A stretch of DNA of 63,759 nt, filler included, from Pelomyxa schiedti (Eukaryota > Protista > Evosea), in NCBI GenBank assembly GCA_020536535.1. It is 14 parts of 14 records of this genome, joined end to end, with 100 filler letters (N's around TTAATTAATTAA, not from the genome) between each part and the next. Parts side by side here need not be neighbours in the genome. Positions count along the whole stretch, not along the records: positions 38,926 to 47,773 come from JAHLWZ010000029.1; positions 47,874 to 49,381 come from JAHLWZ010002457.1; positions 49,482 to 53,610 come from JAHLWZ010001638.1; 11 more parts are not named here. One strand, given 5' to 3'. The notes beneath the pieces are model-generated. The model searched no databases. It saw nothing but the letters and a program-made list of their open reading frames with translations, and had not been told where the DNA came from. This document shows, piece after piece, positions 39,306-50,962 of the stretch. Both the position numbers and the translations under genes were made by a program. Position 1 is the first letter of the stretch. Each line of letters starts with the position of its first letter.

Positions 39306-40643
39306 ATGGTGTGCCGGTTTTTTTCCTCCATTACTACGACCATGTTTCCAGCACACCCGTGGCACGGTATGTGTTGCCTGTTTTGGCTTGGTTTTTAAAA
39401 TGTTGATCTCACTGTTGCGGTGTACCGCGTGTTCGTTGTAATTATGGGTTTTGTTATTTTTATTTTTAGTATTGTGTTGTTGTGGACAATAATAAAGTAT
39501 CAATATCTATGTAGGCGTACCTATTGGAAACAAGGCACCCAGCGTTGTGACCGCTTTTATTGAGATGGTTCCTTCTGACTCGGTGAAGGTTTGTGCTGTG
39601 CCACATGCAACATCGTTCTGATGTATTTCTTTTTTATGTTGCTGCAAACAGTATGAAGTGGACAAAGTCACTGGATACTTGAAGGTACCCAGCCGGCAAT
39701 TAATAGAACGATACCTCTTTTCTCTAGAGATGCCATTAACAATCAGTGCGATAATATTCTATCGTGTTCCAGGTTGATAGACCTCAAAAGTATTCCAATG
39801 TTGTTCCGACGCTCTATGGCTTCATCCCCCAAACCTATTGTGGTGCCAAGGTATGTGTATATATAAAATTTCCAGCACTTCTTCTCAATCTCTTGTTTTG
39901 CTAAATCAAGGTTGCTGAAAAAGCCGGTGTCAAGGAAGCTGATGGAGACCCCCTTGACATTTGTGTTCTCAGGTGCATATTTTCCTTCCCAACTATTACA
40001 TTATATCTCTATACCGGAGTTGTGATATATACTTTTCTCTGACTTTGCACAGTGAGCGGCCAATAGTGCACGGTGATCTGCTTGTCCAGGCGGTGCCTCT
40101 CGGCGGTATAAGGTTGATTGACCGCGGACAGGCTGACGACAAAATCATTGCCTATCTTCAACAGGTTTCACTTCACATACCCACTTAATAATCTGTTTTC
40201 CCTCTTTTTTGCTCATTAAAGCGAACAAACAAACAGGACGAGTTCTACCAGGGGTGGACAACACTTTCCGACATGCCCAAGGTATTATATTACTTATTTC
40301 TTCCCTTATCCGTGAACATTGATTGGTCACACAGTCACTGGTCAAGAGGCTTGAGCACTACTTCACCACATACAAAAGTGCACCAGGGGAACCATCACTG
40401 TGCGAGATCAAAGAGATTTATGGAGTGGAGGATGCCCACGATGTGATCATGAGGAGCATGATTGATTACAACACATTCACTACAGTCCACACCTTTGGGG
40501 CCTCTGCACTACGCCGCTCAGAGAGGTCATTCTCTGCACCACAATCACCACCAATTCCAATCTCAAGCCTCCTCTCACCACCCCCACAACAACCACCAAA
40601 CTCCACAACAACAACACCAGCCACAAGCACCAGCTCATCATAA
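39306..40643 (+). CDS. ppa: Family I soluble inorganic pyrophosphatase (8 exons), bacterial-like subtype, with N-terminal extension
   Basis: Spliced: [114 protein letters not shown]. Confidence 0.92.
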
Positions 40644-40758
40644 GCACCAAATAAACCCCAGGGTTAATGCCTCATATGTTGAGCCCTCAAAGTGGGTGGA
40701 TACACTGGTGTGCAAGTCAAATGAAGCGGTCCGATTTTGCCGGGTTTGTTGGTGTGTT

Positions 40759-40916
40759 GTGCCGCGGGGCTGTTTCCGCGGCGGCAGTGCGGCTTGTGTT
40801 CCTTGAATCCCGCGGCACCGCGGCACTGACACAAATGGTAGGACTGGGGTTCTGGTCACCGGTGCCGCGGCGGGACCCGACTCAACAAACCACAGGCCGC
40901 ACTGCCGCCCCGGCAC
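40759..40916. repeat. GC-rich imperfect fold-back (MITE-like or structured RNA) between convergent 3' ends
   Basis: 40780-40798 pairs with 40891-40909 (one G-T); 40810-40820 pairs with 40860-40870; outer GTGCCG/CGGCAC. Confidence 0.65.
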
Positions 40917-40919
40917 TGG

Positions 40920-43130
40920 TCATGAAAAAGTATTAATGACAGGGTGTATCAGTGCTTTGTCATCCACAGGAGGAATGTTTTTGTGTGGTGGAAATGTGAG
41001 GCCAGCAAGGAGATCTCCTGGACGTGGGTTGAAGGGTGGTGGAAACATTTGTTCAGATGACACCTCGAGTTTGGCCCTGGGTTGTTGTGGTTGTCCTGGG
41101 TCAAGGGCTTCTTCTTTCACAAGGTTGCCTGTGAATACACTTCCAGGTTTTGAGAGGGGTGGATTTGATGATGGAACTGGCTGGGCAGACTCACCTTTAC
41201 TTGTATTGGTGGTATTGCCATGTGTTGTTTTTGATGACTTTGCAAATATTCCCTGAAGTGTTCTCAGGCTACTGTCTGTGCGCTGATATTCTGTGTTGAG
41301 ACTCTGGCACTCTGCATAGAGTTGCCCAATTGAGTTCTCAAGCTCCTTTCCTTTTGTGACATGTGACGTGCACTCTTTGAGGAGCTCTGTGTTGTCGGAC
41401 ATTGCTTTTGTGCACTCATCAAACTTGCATTTCTGAAGCTGGTGAAGTGAATCTGAAAGCTCCTCCAGAACTGCAAAGGTGGATGACGAGGACAACGCAA
41501 CAGATGTGCGAAATGGTTCTTGTAGGTTCTGAAGCTGCAACCAAGGCTGCTGATCCAACAGGTTCCTTCCATCTGTTTATGTTTTCTCATTCCCATGAAA
41601 TGATACGTGGTTGTTGATTACCTATTGTTGGCCTCTGTGCCTCAGTGTCTTCTGGCCAGCCAGTCAGATTACGTCGCAGAACTGCATGGTACTTGTAATT
41701 ATGGTACTTGATTCCCTCAGAAAGAGTTGCCTTGAGATCAGTCAGAGCCCCTACATGAACCTGAAGTTGCTTGTTCCTGGATTCTGCACTTTGAATGCAG
41801 TGCCTCAGCTGAGTTGCAGCCTTTTCAAGAGATTCCAGCTGAGGTGCAGCCTGTCTCACTTGTGAGCGAAATTTTGTGGCCAGGTCGAATGCCACTTGTA
41901 TTTCACTGAATGGCTCTTCATTGCGGTAAGCTTTAATTCTGGTTTCCTGTTCCAATTGCTCTTCCAGCTGTTGAATGTTCCTGTTGGCCATGCTGAGTTG
42001 TTGGATGAGATCTTCTTTTTGCTCCTCAAGTTCCTTTTTTTACTTAGTAAGCTTTACATGTACATCCTTCAGTTCACCTTCATGTGATTTTGGCAACTCT
42101 TCACGTTTTCCTGAAGTACTTGTGCTTCTTCCAAAAGATTCTGTGCTCAATGAGAATTTTCAAAAGAATGAACCAACAACCTTCATGTTTTGTTCATGGA
42201 TGTAATTTGGCAGTGAAGACCCTGGTTTATGCAATGCAAGGCCATCTAATCCATGAAAGGTGTTGTTTTGGAGGAAGCCCTTAATTTTGTCTGAGGTCCC
42301 AGGGAGCACCAAACAACCCTCACCATAACACTCAAGCACTCCACTCGGTTTCTGTGTGCCTATTTCTCTAAATAAACCATCGAACATGTCACCATTTGGC
42401 CACTTCATAACACCATTCTGTGGGAACCCTCTTTCCCACTGCCCTTCAAATGATGACCCATCCATAGCCCAAGTCTTTTTGCCTCTCCCATGCTCGATGC
42501 CACAGTCCCACTGGCCTTCATACACGTCCCTGCTTGGCCACACATAAACACCATTCCCATGGAACTTCCCATTCAGCCAGTGTCCATCATAGCCCGCGAA
42601 TCCTTCCCTGTCACGAAAATGAAGTGTTCCCATTCCACTCTTCACCCCATGGTCAAATTCACCACAATACACTTCACCAGTCTCCAGCGACTTCAGTGTC
42701 CCACGGCCGTGCATCAATCCCCCAGCCCAGTCCCCATCATACACGGTATCCCACACACCATCACCACCAACAACTTTCTTCCTTCTGTGAACACCCCTTC
42801 CTTGTACCTGATACGAACTCGTTTCTGCATTCCACACCCAGGACTCAGCGTATGTCGTCTGGGCACCGTCTGGATCGTGCCAAGTCCCCGACTTCCACTT
42901 GTTGTCCAGGTATATTCCTTCAAACCAGCCGCCATCAGTACGGTGCCAGACCCCATCGCCATGTCTCTTCCCATTTCTCCAGTAGCCAACATAAGTGGTC
43001 CCATCAGGCAGTTACTCTCCAAGTGAGGACTCCGTCGCCGTCGCGTTTGTTGTTCACGAGTCTGCCTGAATACACACCACCACTTGCATCACTTTGGTTT
43101 GCCACAAAGGCAACCTCAGTTTCCTTCATT
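40920..43130 (-). pseudogene. MORN-repeat + coiled-coil protein, disrupted
   Basis: MORN repeats (YDGDWAGGLMHGRG, YEGQWDCGIEHGRG). Frameshift near 43010, apparent frameshift near 42110, and in-frame TAA near 42040. Confidence 0.7.
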
Positions 43131-43231
43131 GGGGCCGTTCCCGTGGGCCCAAGCGACGGGGTCGTCATTACTCAATAAATCGATTTTTAACAAAGCGGCA
43201 CCAGTCAGGGAATGTGGGACTTTCGGAGAAA

Positions 43232-44630
43232 ATGATCAACGTTGACGATGGTGTTGTGAGAGCCCAGGCACAAGTGTTGGCACTTTTGGGTGCTCGTTGC
43301 TATTCTTCAGTTCCAGCAGCAGCAGAATCATCATCTACTGCTGATTGTGTGGCTGTGCGCCCCCACTCCCCACCCTCCTCCCCATGTTTCCTGTCGGTGC
43401 TGCCGCCGAGCGTGCTGCGTGAATTCTTGCACTCGTGGGTCCTCTCCACCACACGCCGCGTCGTTCTCTGCGTGAGTGCAACCAACGAGCTGTACGACGA
43501 GGACGAGGACGAGGACGACATCGTCATCCCTCCCAGGGTTCTGGTGGTGGTGGCCGTGGGGCCCACCCTGGGGGTGACCGCGGGCCCCGCCGTGGCGTAC
43601 CCCCCTTCCCCGCGGATATCCAGCATCTTCGTCCTTGCGTTCCTGAACCCCGAGCGCCCGGGCAAGGGCTGGGCGGTGGCCGGAAAATCTGCCTCGCTGG
43701 GGCTCACTGACCTCAGAAATGGCCTGCTGTGGGACAAGTCCGTTGTTGGGCTGGGCGACATGTTCGGGGACAACTTTGGGCTGGCAGTCTCCAGCAGGTG
43801 GGTTGTGTACATCCGGGCAGAGGCTTACCCGCCCATGTTTCGCTATAGCTATGCCATCAAGGTGTGGAGGGTGGGCGGGGATGGGTGCCTGGAAGGAGGA
43901 AGGGAACCGGCGGCTGTGCTGGATTTGGGTGATGCGGGTGTTCTGCTTCCTGATTCGCACCCCAATTCCAATCTCAAAGAGATCAAGGTGAAGCTTGCTT
44001 GGACACACTGCTGCGGTGACGGAGGGTGTATTGAAGATGGTGATGAGTTGTGCATCGTTGCCGACAGGAAGTGCAAGTGCTGCTTCAACATCGTGGATAT
44101 CAGGAAGTGCTTGGAATCACAGCGAATCACGGTTATTAAGCGGTTATGTATCTCCAGAGATCCTGCTTGGCGTGACGTTGAAGCATACAGGTTCTTTTCA
44201 AAGCGCGATGGAGGGCTATCTGTTGCATTCTTGATTACAAAGCACCCTTCCGTTTATGGGTTTTCACGTGGAAGTGGTGCTTTGGTTCAGGATGTTGGGT
44301 CTGGCAAATCCATTGTTCTTGACACTGTTTCCAATATACTGCCACTGGATGATGACCACTTTGCTGGAAGAATTGAGGAAGATGGGGCGCCTCCAAGAAC
44401 CGGAGTGTTCCGCAATTGCACAACCGCACTGGTGAGGGAGTGGCCCGAGAACAGAGAAGGAGGAGTTCAAAACAACTGGGGGAATGTTTGTCTTCACAAC
44501 CAATAACCACAACAACAAGATATCATGCTTCGACGCACTTTCTGGCACCCACGTGGTTTCGTTCTCTGTTGTGGGAATTGACCACCCGCCCTTCTTTTAT
44601 TGTCTAATGGCACCTCCATTCTCCTTGTAA
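43232..44630 (+). CDS. Expanded-family F-box-like/beta-rich protein, intronless; frameshift near 44485 separates the C-terminus
   Basis: RAQAQVLALL, FLSVLPPSVLREFLHSWVL, VGPTLGV, DGDELCIVAD. The homologous C-terminus (ISCFDALSGTHVVSF) continues in another frame to TAA at 44628-44630. Confidence 0.75.
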
Positions 44631-45152
44631 TAAATATAATCCGAACTTCAGATTTCCCTGAAAACCACAAAAAAAAAATGTCGTGGACGGTGGAGGGTGG
44701 GGATGGTTGTAAAATAATCGGGACGTTGGCGCCCCCTCATCAAAGGGAACTCATGGAGATGGTTACAAAGCACCCTCTCGTTTATGGGTGGGTATCGGCT
44801 TATGGGTCTAGCATTCCATCTGGGCCCACGCACGCACAAACAAAAAAAACAAACAAACAAACAAAAAGTACCGTATTAATAAAGCGTAAAAACCACACCA
44901 ATAGGGATACTGAAAAAAAAATGTTAATTTAATAGGTACCGGTTCAATAGTGGGGCGAGGTGCCCTTTCACAAAACATGAAACGATCACTGCTATTTTGG
45001 AATCTGGTGGACCATCCAAGGTGTTTTGGTTGGACCTCAAGGGAAGGCAGATNNNNNNNNNNNNNNNNNNNNNNNNNNNNNNNNNNNNNNNNNNNNNNNN
45101 NNNNNNNNNNNNNNNNNNNNNNNNNNNNNNNNNNNNNNNNNNNNNNNNNNNN

Positions 45153-45738
45153 CGGCCAATAGTGCACGGTGATCTGCTTGTCCAGGCGGTGCCTCTCGGC
45201 GGTATAAGGTTGATTGACCGCGGACAGGCTGACGACAAAATCATTGCCTATCTTCAACAGGTTTCACTTCACACACCCACTTAATAATCTGTTTTCCCTC
45301 TTTTTTGCTCATTAAAGCGAACAAACAAACAGGACGAGTTCTACCAGGGGTGGACAACACTTTCCGACATGCCCAAGGTATTATTACTTATTTCTTCCCT
45401 TATCCGTGAACATTGTCACACAGTCACTGGTCAAGAGGCTTGAGCACTACTTCACCACATACAAAAGTGCACCAGGGGAACCATCACTGTGTGAGATAAA
45501 AGAGATTTATGGAGTGGAGGACGCCCATGATGTGATCATGAGGAGCATGATTGATTACAACACATTCACCACAGTCCACACCTTTGGGGCCTCCGCACTA
45601 CGCCAATCGGAGAGATCATTCTCTGCACCACATTCACCACCAATTACAATCTCAAGCCTCCTCTCACCACCCCCACAAGAACCACCAAACTCCACAACAC
45701 CAACACCAGCCACAAACACCAGCTCATCATCCTCATAA
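45153..45738 (+). CDS. ppa: Second copy of inorganic pyrophosphatase (3' part; 5' part lost in the gap)
   Basis: Near-identical exons and introns to 40057-40643; substitutions concentrated in the S/T/P-rich tail. Confidence 0.9.
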
Positions 45739-47173
45739 ACACCAACACAACCAACCAAAGGAACTTTGCACTTCATGTTGGGGTCATCTCTTTAACCCTT
45801 AAGCCTAAATAAGTTGCTGGTCATGGGAAAAACAAGGAGGTTACCCACATTTTTAGGGTTTTTTTTTTAAAGTGTGTTTGCAAAACCAGTGGTTTTGTCG
45901 TGAGATCATTCCCCTCGAGTTTTTGAAATGGAAAATGCCATGTTCCCTGAAGGTGATTAGGTACCAACAGAACCAACACCATGGGGCAACGACAGTCATC
46001 CGCGGCCACCGAACAAGCAACCCACAAAAATGGGGACACCAGTGCCCAACAAACTGAGAGCGAGGGTGAGAGTGGGAGTGGGAGCGTCGATCAACGTCCT
46101 TCCTTCTCACCCTCAGATAGTGTCACAACACGGAAAGTAGAGGTGGAGATCGAGGAGGGTGGCAGCGGTGGATGGGAACCACAGTCGAAGTTGTTGTGTG
46201 CGTTTGATTGGAGTGCTGAGCCTCATTTGTCCATGCCTGTTGAGTGCATAGACGCCAAAGTAACCATTGTCGGAGGTCTGAGATTTTATAGTTTTTGTTT
46301 CTTTTTTCTTGTGGATTGATTGATACAGATAGAGGCACTGGAAAGACTTCTTTGAGCTCTCAGTTGCTGGTTGGGCATTCTTTTTTTTTTTTCCCCTGGG
46401 TCACCATCCTGTAGTATGGGGAAAGTGATCATATACAGGAGAAGAATATTGACGCAGTTTGTACCCTTAGAAAATACAATGTAACCAACATTAAGTCTAC
46501 TTGATGGCATCGACAGAAGGAAATATACCTCAGTGATATTAACTGTAAAATGGAAGTGGTGTGCTCAAAAACTGTCGATCTCCTTCCTACTAAATACCTC
46601 CACTAGTGGGACATCCCTAGTGGAAAATCAGTACCAAGCTTTATTGTTTTGACTTGTTTTACTTACCTTGTTGCAATCTCATCACAAAGGCTAATTCAAT
46701 TAGCAGTATGTTTTTTGCATATTGAAACAAAGTTTGAGTAACGATAGTGCAACAACTATGGCACAGGTGCAAGTTGGTTTTCGACTTCAGGCAAAAGAAA
46801 AAAAATTGCTTGCTTTCAGAAAGTACATGGGGAGGAGGGGGCTGGAACAGGGACCACCTGGGGACCACTGTGTGTCCACATTAGGAGCACCCACATCGAG
46901 CCCGTTGTGATTTTACCTCCACTTTCTCCACTTGGGTAGTGTTTTTTCACATTTTGAGACCACCCTTTGGGAACAGCTTGGAACCCACTCTGGGTGTGAT
47001 TTGAAATCACAGTGCACCACCAACACGGCACCCTAAGGGATGATGGATTCAGTTTACTTGAAAAAGAAAAAAAAATGCCATAACACCGTTCCTCACAACC
47101 CTCTTCCCTCTGCCCCAGGCCGCCAATCCCTACCGAAACACCATCCTCATGTCACTTGGGACTTTCAGAGAAA

Positions 47174-47773
47174 ATGATCAAGGTTGACGATGGTGTTGTG
47201 ACAGCCAAGGCACAAGTGTTGGCACTTTTGGGTGCTTGCTGCTATTATTCTTCAGTCCCAGCAGCTGCAGCAACAGAATCATCATCTGCTGCCGATTGTG
47301 TGGCTGTGCGCCCCAACTCCACCTCTTGTTTCCTGTCGGTGCTGCCGCCCAGCGTGCTGCGTGAATTCTTCTTGCACTCGTGGGTCCTCTCCACCGCACG
47401 CCGCGTCGTTCTCTGCGTGAGTGCAACCAACAAGCTGTACGAGGAGGAGCACGAGGACGAGGACGAGGACGACGATGGCGATGGCGACGGCGGAGCCGCC
47501 TCCTCCTCTCGGGCGCCGCTCCCCAGGGTTCTGGTGGTGGTGGCCGTCGGGCACACCCTGGGGGTTACCGCGGGCCCCGCCGTGGCGTACCCTTCCCCGC
47601 CGCTGTGCAGCATCTTCGTCCTTGCGTTCCTGAACCCTGAGCACCCGGGCAGGGGCTGGGCGGTGGCCGGCAAATCTGCCTCGCTGGGGCTCACTGACCT
47701 CGGAAATGGCCTGCTGTGGGACCAGTGGGTGGGGCTGGGCGACATGTTCGAAGACAACTTTGGGCTGGCGGTC
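47174..47773 (+). CDS. Close paralog/allele of the 43232 gene (3' partial)
   Basis: MIKVDDGVVTAKAQVLALL...FLSVLPPSVLREFFLHSWVL...VGHTLGV. Confidence 0.8.
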
Positions 47774-48110
47774 NNNNNNNNNNNNNNNNNNNNNNNNNNN
47801 NNNNNNNNNNNNNNNNNTTAATTAATTAANNNNNNNNNNNNNNNNNNNNNNNNNNNNNNNNNNNNNNNNNNNNTGCATTGGTTAGCTGGGGGAAAAAAAA
47901 AAGGGAGAAGGGGATACCAGAATCGGCAACTGGAATCCTTTAGCCGTTCCGCACTGGCTTGTCAGGTTAGTCGGAAAGAGAGGAGTAAGTTGAGTGCACA
48001 CCCAAGAGGAGAGCCGCCAAAAAGGAAAGTAGCCCTGATGTGCAAGGAGGTCAAGATTTAACACGGGCTTGGTGGAACTGCCGATCCAATTCAACCAAGC
48101 TGTTCAGTAG

Positions 48111-48730
48111 TTAACAGGAAAAAGGGGGAAAAGGGAAGCGCACCACACTGCGATCAGCCATAAAGGGTGACCACTGGTCCAATTTCAACCAAGCTACTGC
48201 GAGTAAAAAAGAAAGAAAAGAAAAAGGGAAGAGGAAATACAGAGGGGAGTCTCGACAGTGTGGAACATGCAGAGGGGGGGGGGACTCCACCCATACTTCA
48301 TCCCAAACACCTGTGTAGTCAGCAACAGAGACTGCCACATCAGTGCAGTTGCAGTCCCAGATCTCCATAACTTGGTTGTATGAGAGGCAGTAGCGACTGT
48401 CACAGAGTTGAGTGAGGAGCAAATCACGATCAGTCACTGTCCTCGTGATGGAGTTAACCTTTGTTCCAGTATACTCACAGTACTGTGAAACAGAAAAGCT
48501 ATGCTCATCACGTGTGCACATGACGAAGGCATGCCTGTTTGATGCTGTGTGAACAATCAGTACCTCAAGAATGTCATCACCATAGATGGGAGGAGACAGG
48601 GTGATTCTTGTCTCACTAATTGAATTCAAGTGTCCTTCAGAGCACGTAGCTTCTAGTGCAATAACATTCAACCAAAATTTCCCTCCAGGTTGGAGACAAA
48701 CAAGAACTGCCTCATCACCGTGGTGTACAA
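48111..48730 (-). pseudogene. Fragment of a beta-rich expanded-family protein; 5' end replaced by a hairpin junction
   Basis: GDEAVLV...VIALEATCSEGHL...EIWDCN resembles the family's GDE-containing C-terminal region. Confidence 0.5.
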
Positions 48731-48811
48731 CAATCTTCTGAATGTTCCACTGGGAAGTTATGATCACTCCCACCCAGTGGAACATTCAGAAGATTGTTGT
48801 ACAGCACGGTG
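48716..48811. repeat. 39-bp inverted repeat (1 mismatch) with 18-nt loop
   Basis: 48716-48754 is the reverse complement of 48773-48811 except at one position. Confidence 0.9.
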
Positions 48812-49481
48812 CAGATTCTTTTCCTTTTTTTTTCCCTGTTTTTTTAGTTAACAGTATGTCAGCAGGACTAACAGTGATGGTTCTCTCCTTGGCTCCAAGT
48901 GAAGTTGTGCCAGACAGATTTTATGTGCCTTGGTCTAAGCCACAAGTGACTTGTGCAAATGGAAGCCAAGAACAAGCTGAGAGTGGTCAAAATATTGAGT
49001 GCTTTTTTCACCCCAAGTTACAATCCCACTCATTTCTTTTTTAACTCATTTGTTTTGTGGGATTGATACTTGTGGGAGAAAAGTCTGGAGGTTGTAGTGT
49101 CCCTTACACACCTCTGAGTCCAGAAAAAATTTGAGCTGAGGTTAAGGTTGAATGAAGGGATGAATATTGGCCGAGCACTGCAATGTCCCAGTGAGAGTTC
49201 AGGGACATTGCTGTTCCCTACCACATTCAGCCGATCAGGCCAAACTTACCCAAATATTATTTTCGGACCCCCCTCACTATATCTTTTTCCTTTATTAACC
49301 CGTTTTGGGTTTTCCAACGTTCCAGGCGAAGCTTCGATACCTTTTCCACCTGGTTGATCAAAGAACACCAACACAACAGAANNNNNNNNNNNNNNNNNNN
49401 NNNNNNNNNNNNNNNNNNNNNNNNNTTAATTAATTAANNNNNNNNNNNNNNNNNNNNNNNNNNNNNNNNNNNNNNNNNNNN

Positions 49482-50462
49482 ATGTGCAAACAGGAGGGTC
49501 AGTGTGGCGTTGCTGAAATTCTTGGTGCCCAGAGTAACGCCATCCCTCACTCCAGAACAACTCAAGGACTGCCTTGCTTACTCTCTTTCTGGCAACAACA
49601 CATCAGTGGCAGACTGGCTAGAGAGTACATATCACGTTATGATGGATCAACAAGTGAGGGCAAACCACGCTCAGCTGACCAACGAAGTGCTTTCAAATGT
49701 CTGTTCACTCAAGTGTGGGGATGGCATTGGTGGGATACAGTGGTTACTGTCACACTGCTGTTCTCTAATTCACATCAGGGAAGATGTGGTGAATGAAGGT
49801 GTTACATATTTTTTAGAGCAAGGATACATCCGATCTGCCATGCTGTTGCTGAATACATTTGATGGTCTTCCAGTCAGTTGTACCATGTGGAATACAAATC
49901 TCAGCCTTTCACAGGTGAAGGAGCTCGTGTCTCGTGGGAAGTTCTCTGTGGATCAAATTGCTGAGACTGTGTCAGCGCGTTTGGATGTCAGGTCAGGAAA
50001 AGTGGTGAAGTGGTTGATACAGGAGTTCAACTTGAATCGTGAACAAGTGAATATTGACAACCTGGTGGAGGACTTGATCAATGGCAACAAAAGCAACTGT
50101 CTGGAGTGGTTAATTCGCAGGTTCCATTTGACTCTGAATGAAGTGAGTGTGTTTTCTTTATTATCTCAACACTCTTATTTGCACAAACTAAGTCCTGTTG
50201 ACAACAACAGATTGCGAGGATTTGTTCAATTGATAAGATCGGTCGGACAAATACGAGCATTGGTACATGGAAGATGCTGCTGAGAGTGTTCCCTGAAATG
50301 ACAGCCGCATTTGCCATGGAACACCTCCGTGACTTTGTGACTGCAACTCCACTTCACCTCGAGGCTGCAAAGAAATCACTGGGAATCACCAAGGCCCAGG
50401 CTACAGCAGCAGTGGATAAGCGTGTACTCTGGTCGAAATTGCTGTGGTTGGGGGTTGGCTGA
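49482..50462 (+). CDS. Ankyrin-like helical-repeat protein, 5' partial, one intron near 50145
   Basis: Repeated units GNNTSVADWL, SGKVVKWLIQEFNL, NKSNCLEWLIRRFHL; last exon GTWKMLLRVFPEMT. Confidence 0.55.
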
Positions 50463-50469
50463 AGCAACG

Positions 50470-50845
50470 CAATTAATTCTTCATTGCCATAACAATAAAA
50501 TTGAATTATCCACCACCACTGTGACACTAGCCTCGACGCTCTTCCCAAGGTCAACAAATGAGTTAACGGAATGAGTCGACGACTCATTGGCCCAGTGCAC
50601 CTGACACCAACACGGTGGGGACACAGCCATTTCCGCTGTCCATCCTCCACAAGTACGACCGTGGTTCCTACCCACCTGGAGCAACCGACGACCCAGTCGC
50701 GGCCGAACTGCTCGCACAGCGCGCGATTGTGGGACAGCAGCCTCGCTGGGCTCCCTCTCCCGCACCTGCTCAACACAGAGCACCCAAAACCACCAACAAA
50801 CATGCGATCGTGCGTCGATCACTGGCCGAATCGTCGCTGTTGGCT
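50470..50845 (-). pseudogene. Internally deleted, frameshifted tandem paralog of the 50963-52282 gene
   Basis: About 50672-50841 is nearly identical to 52092-52263 (SRCGRGSPARLLSHNRALCEQFGRDWVV); it then jumps to VRCTGPMSRR and VDLGKSVEASVTVVV. Confidence 0.75.
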
Positions 50846-50962
50846 TATTTCTTTGTTGTCCAATTTTTCGGATTTTACGAGGCTAATTTTTCGTTCATCA
50901 CTGAACAAGGAGATGGGGATTTTTTCCGAAGGTGATGGGTGGACAATGGAAGAAGAAGGCGG

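Noticed and set aside
45981-46300. ORF with MG start and a VIT-domain-like segment (SMPVECIDAKVTIVGG)
   Set aside because: Similarity too short, and no downstream exons could be reconstructed.
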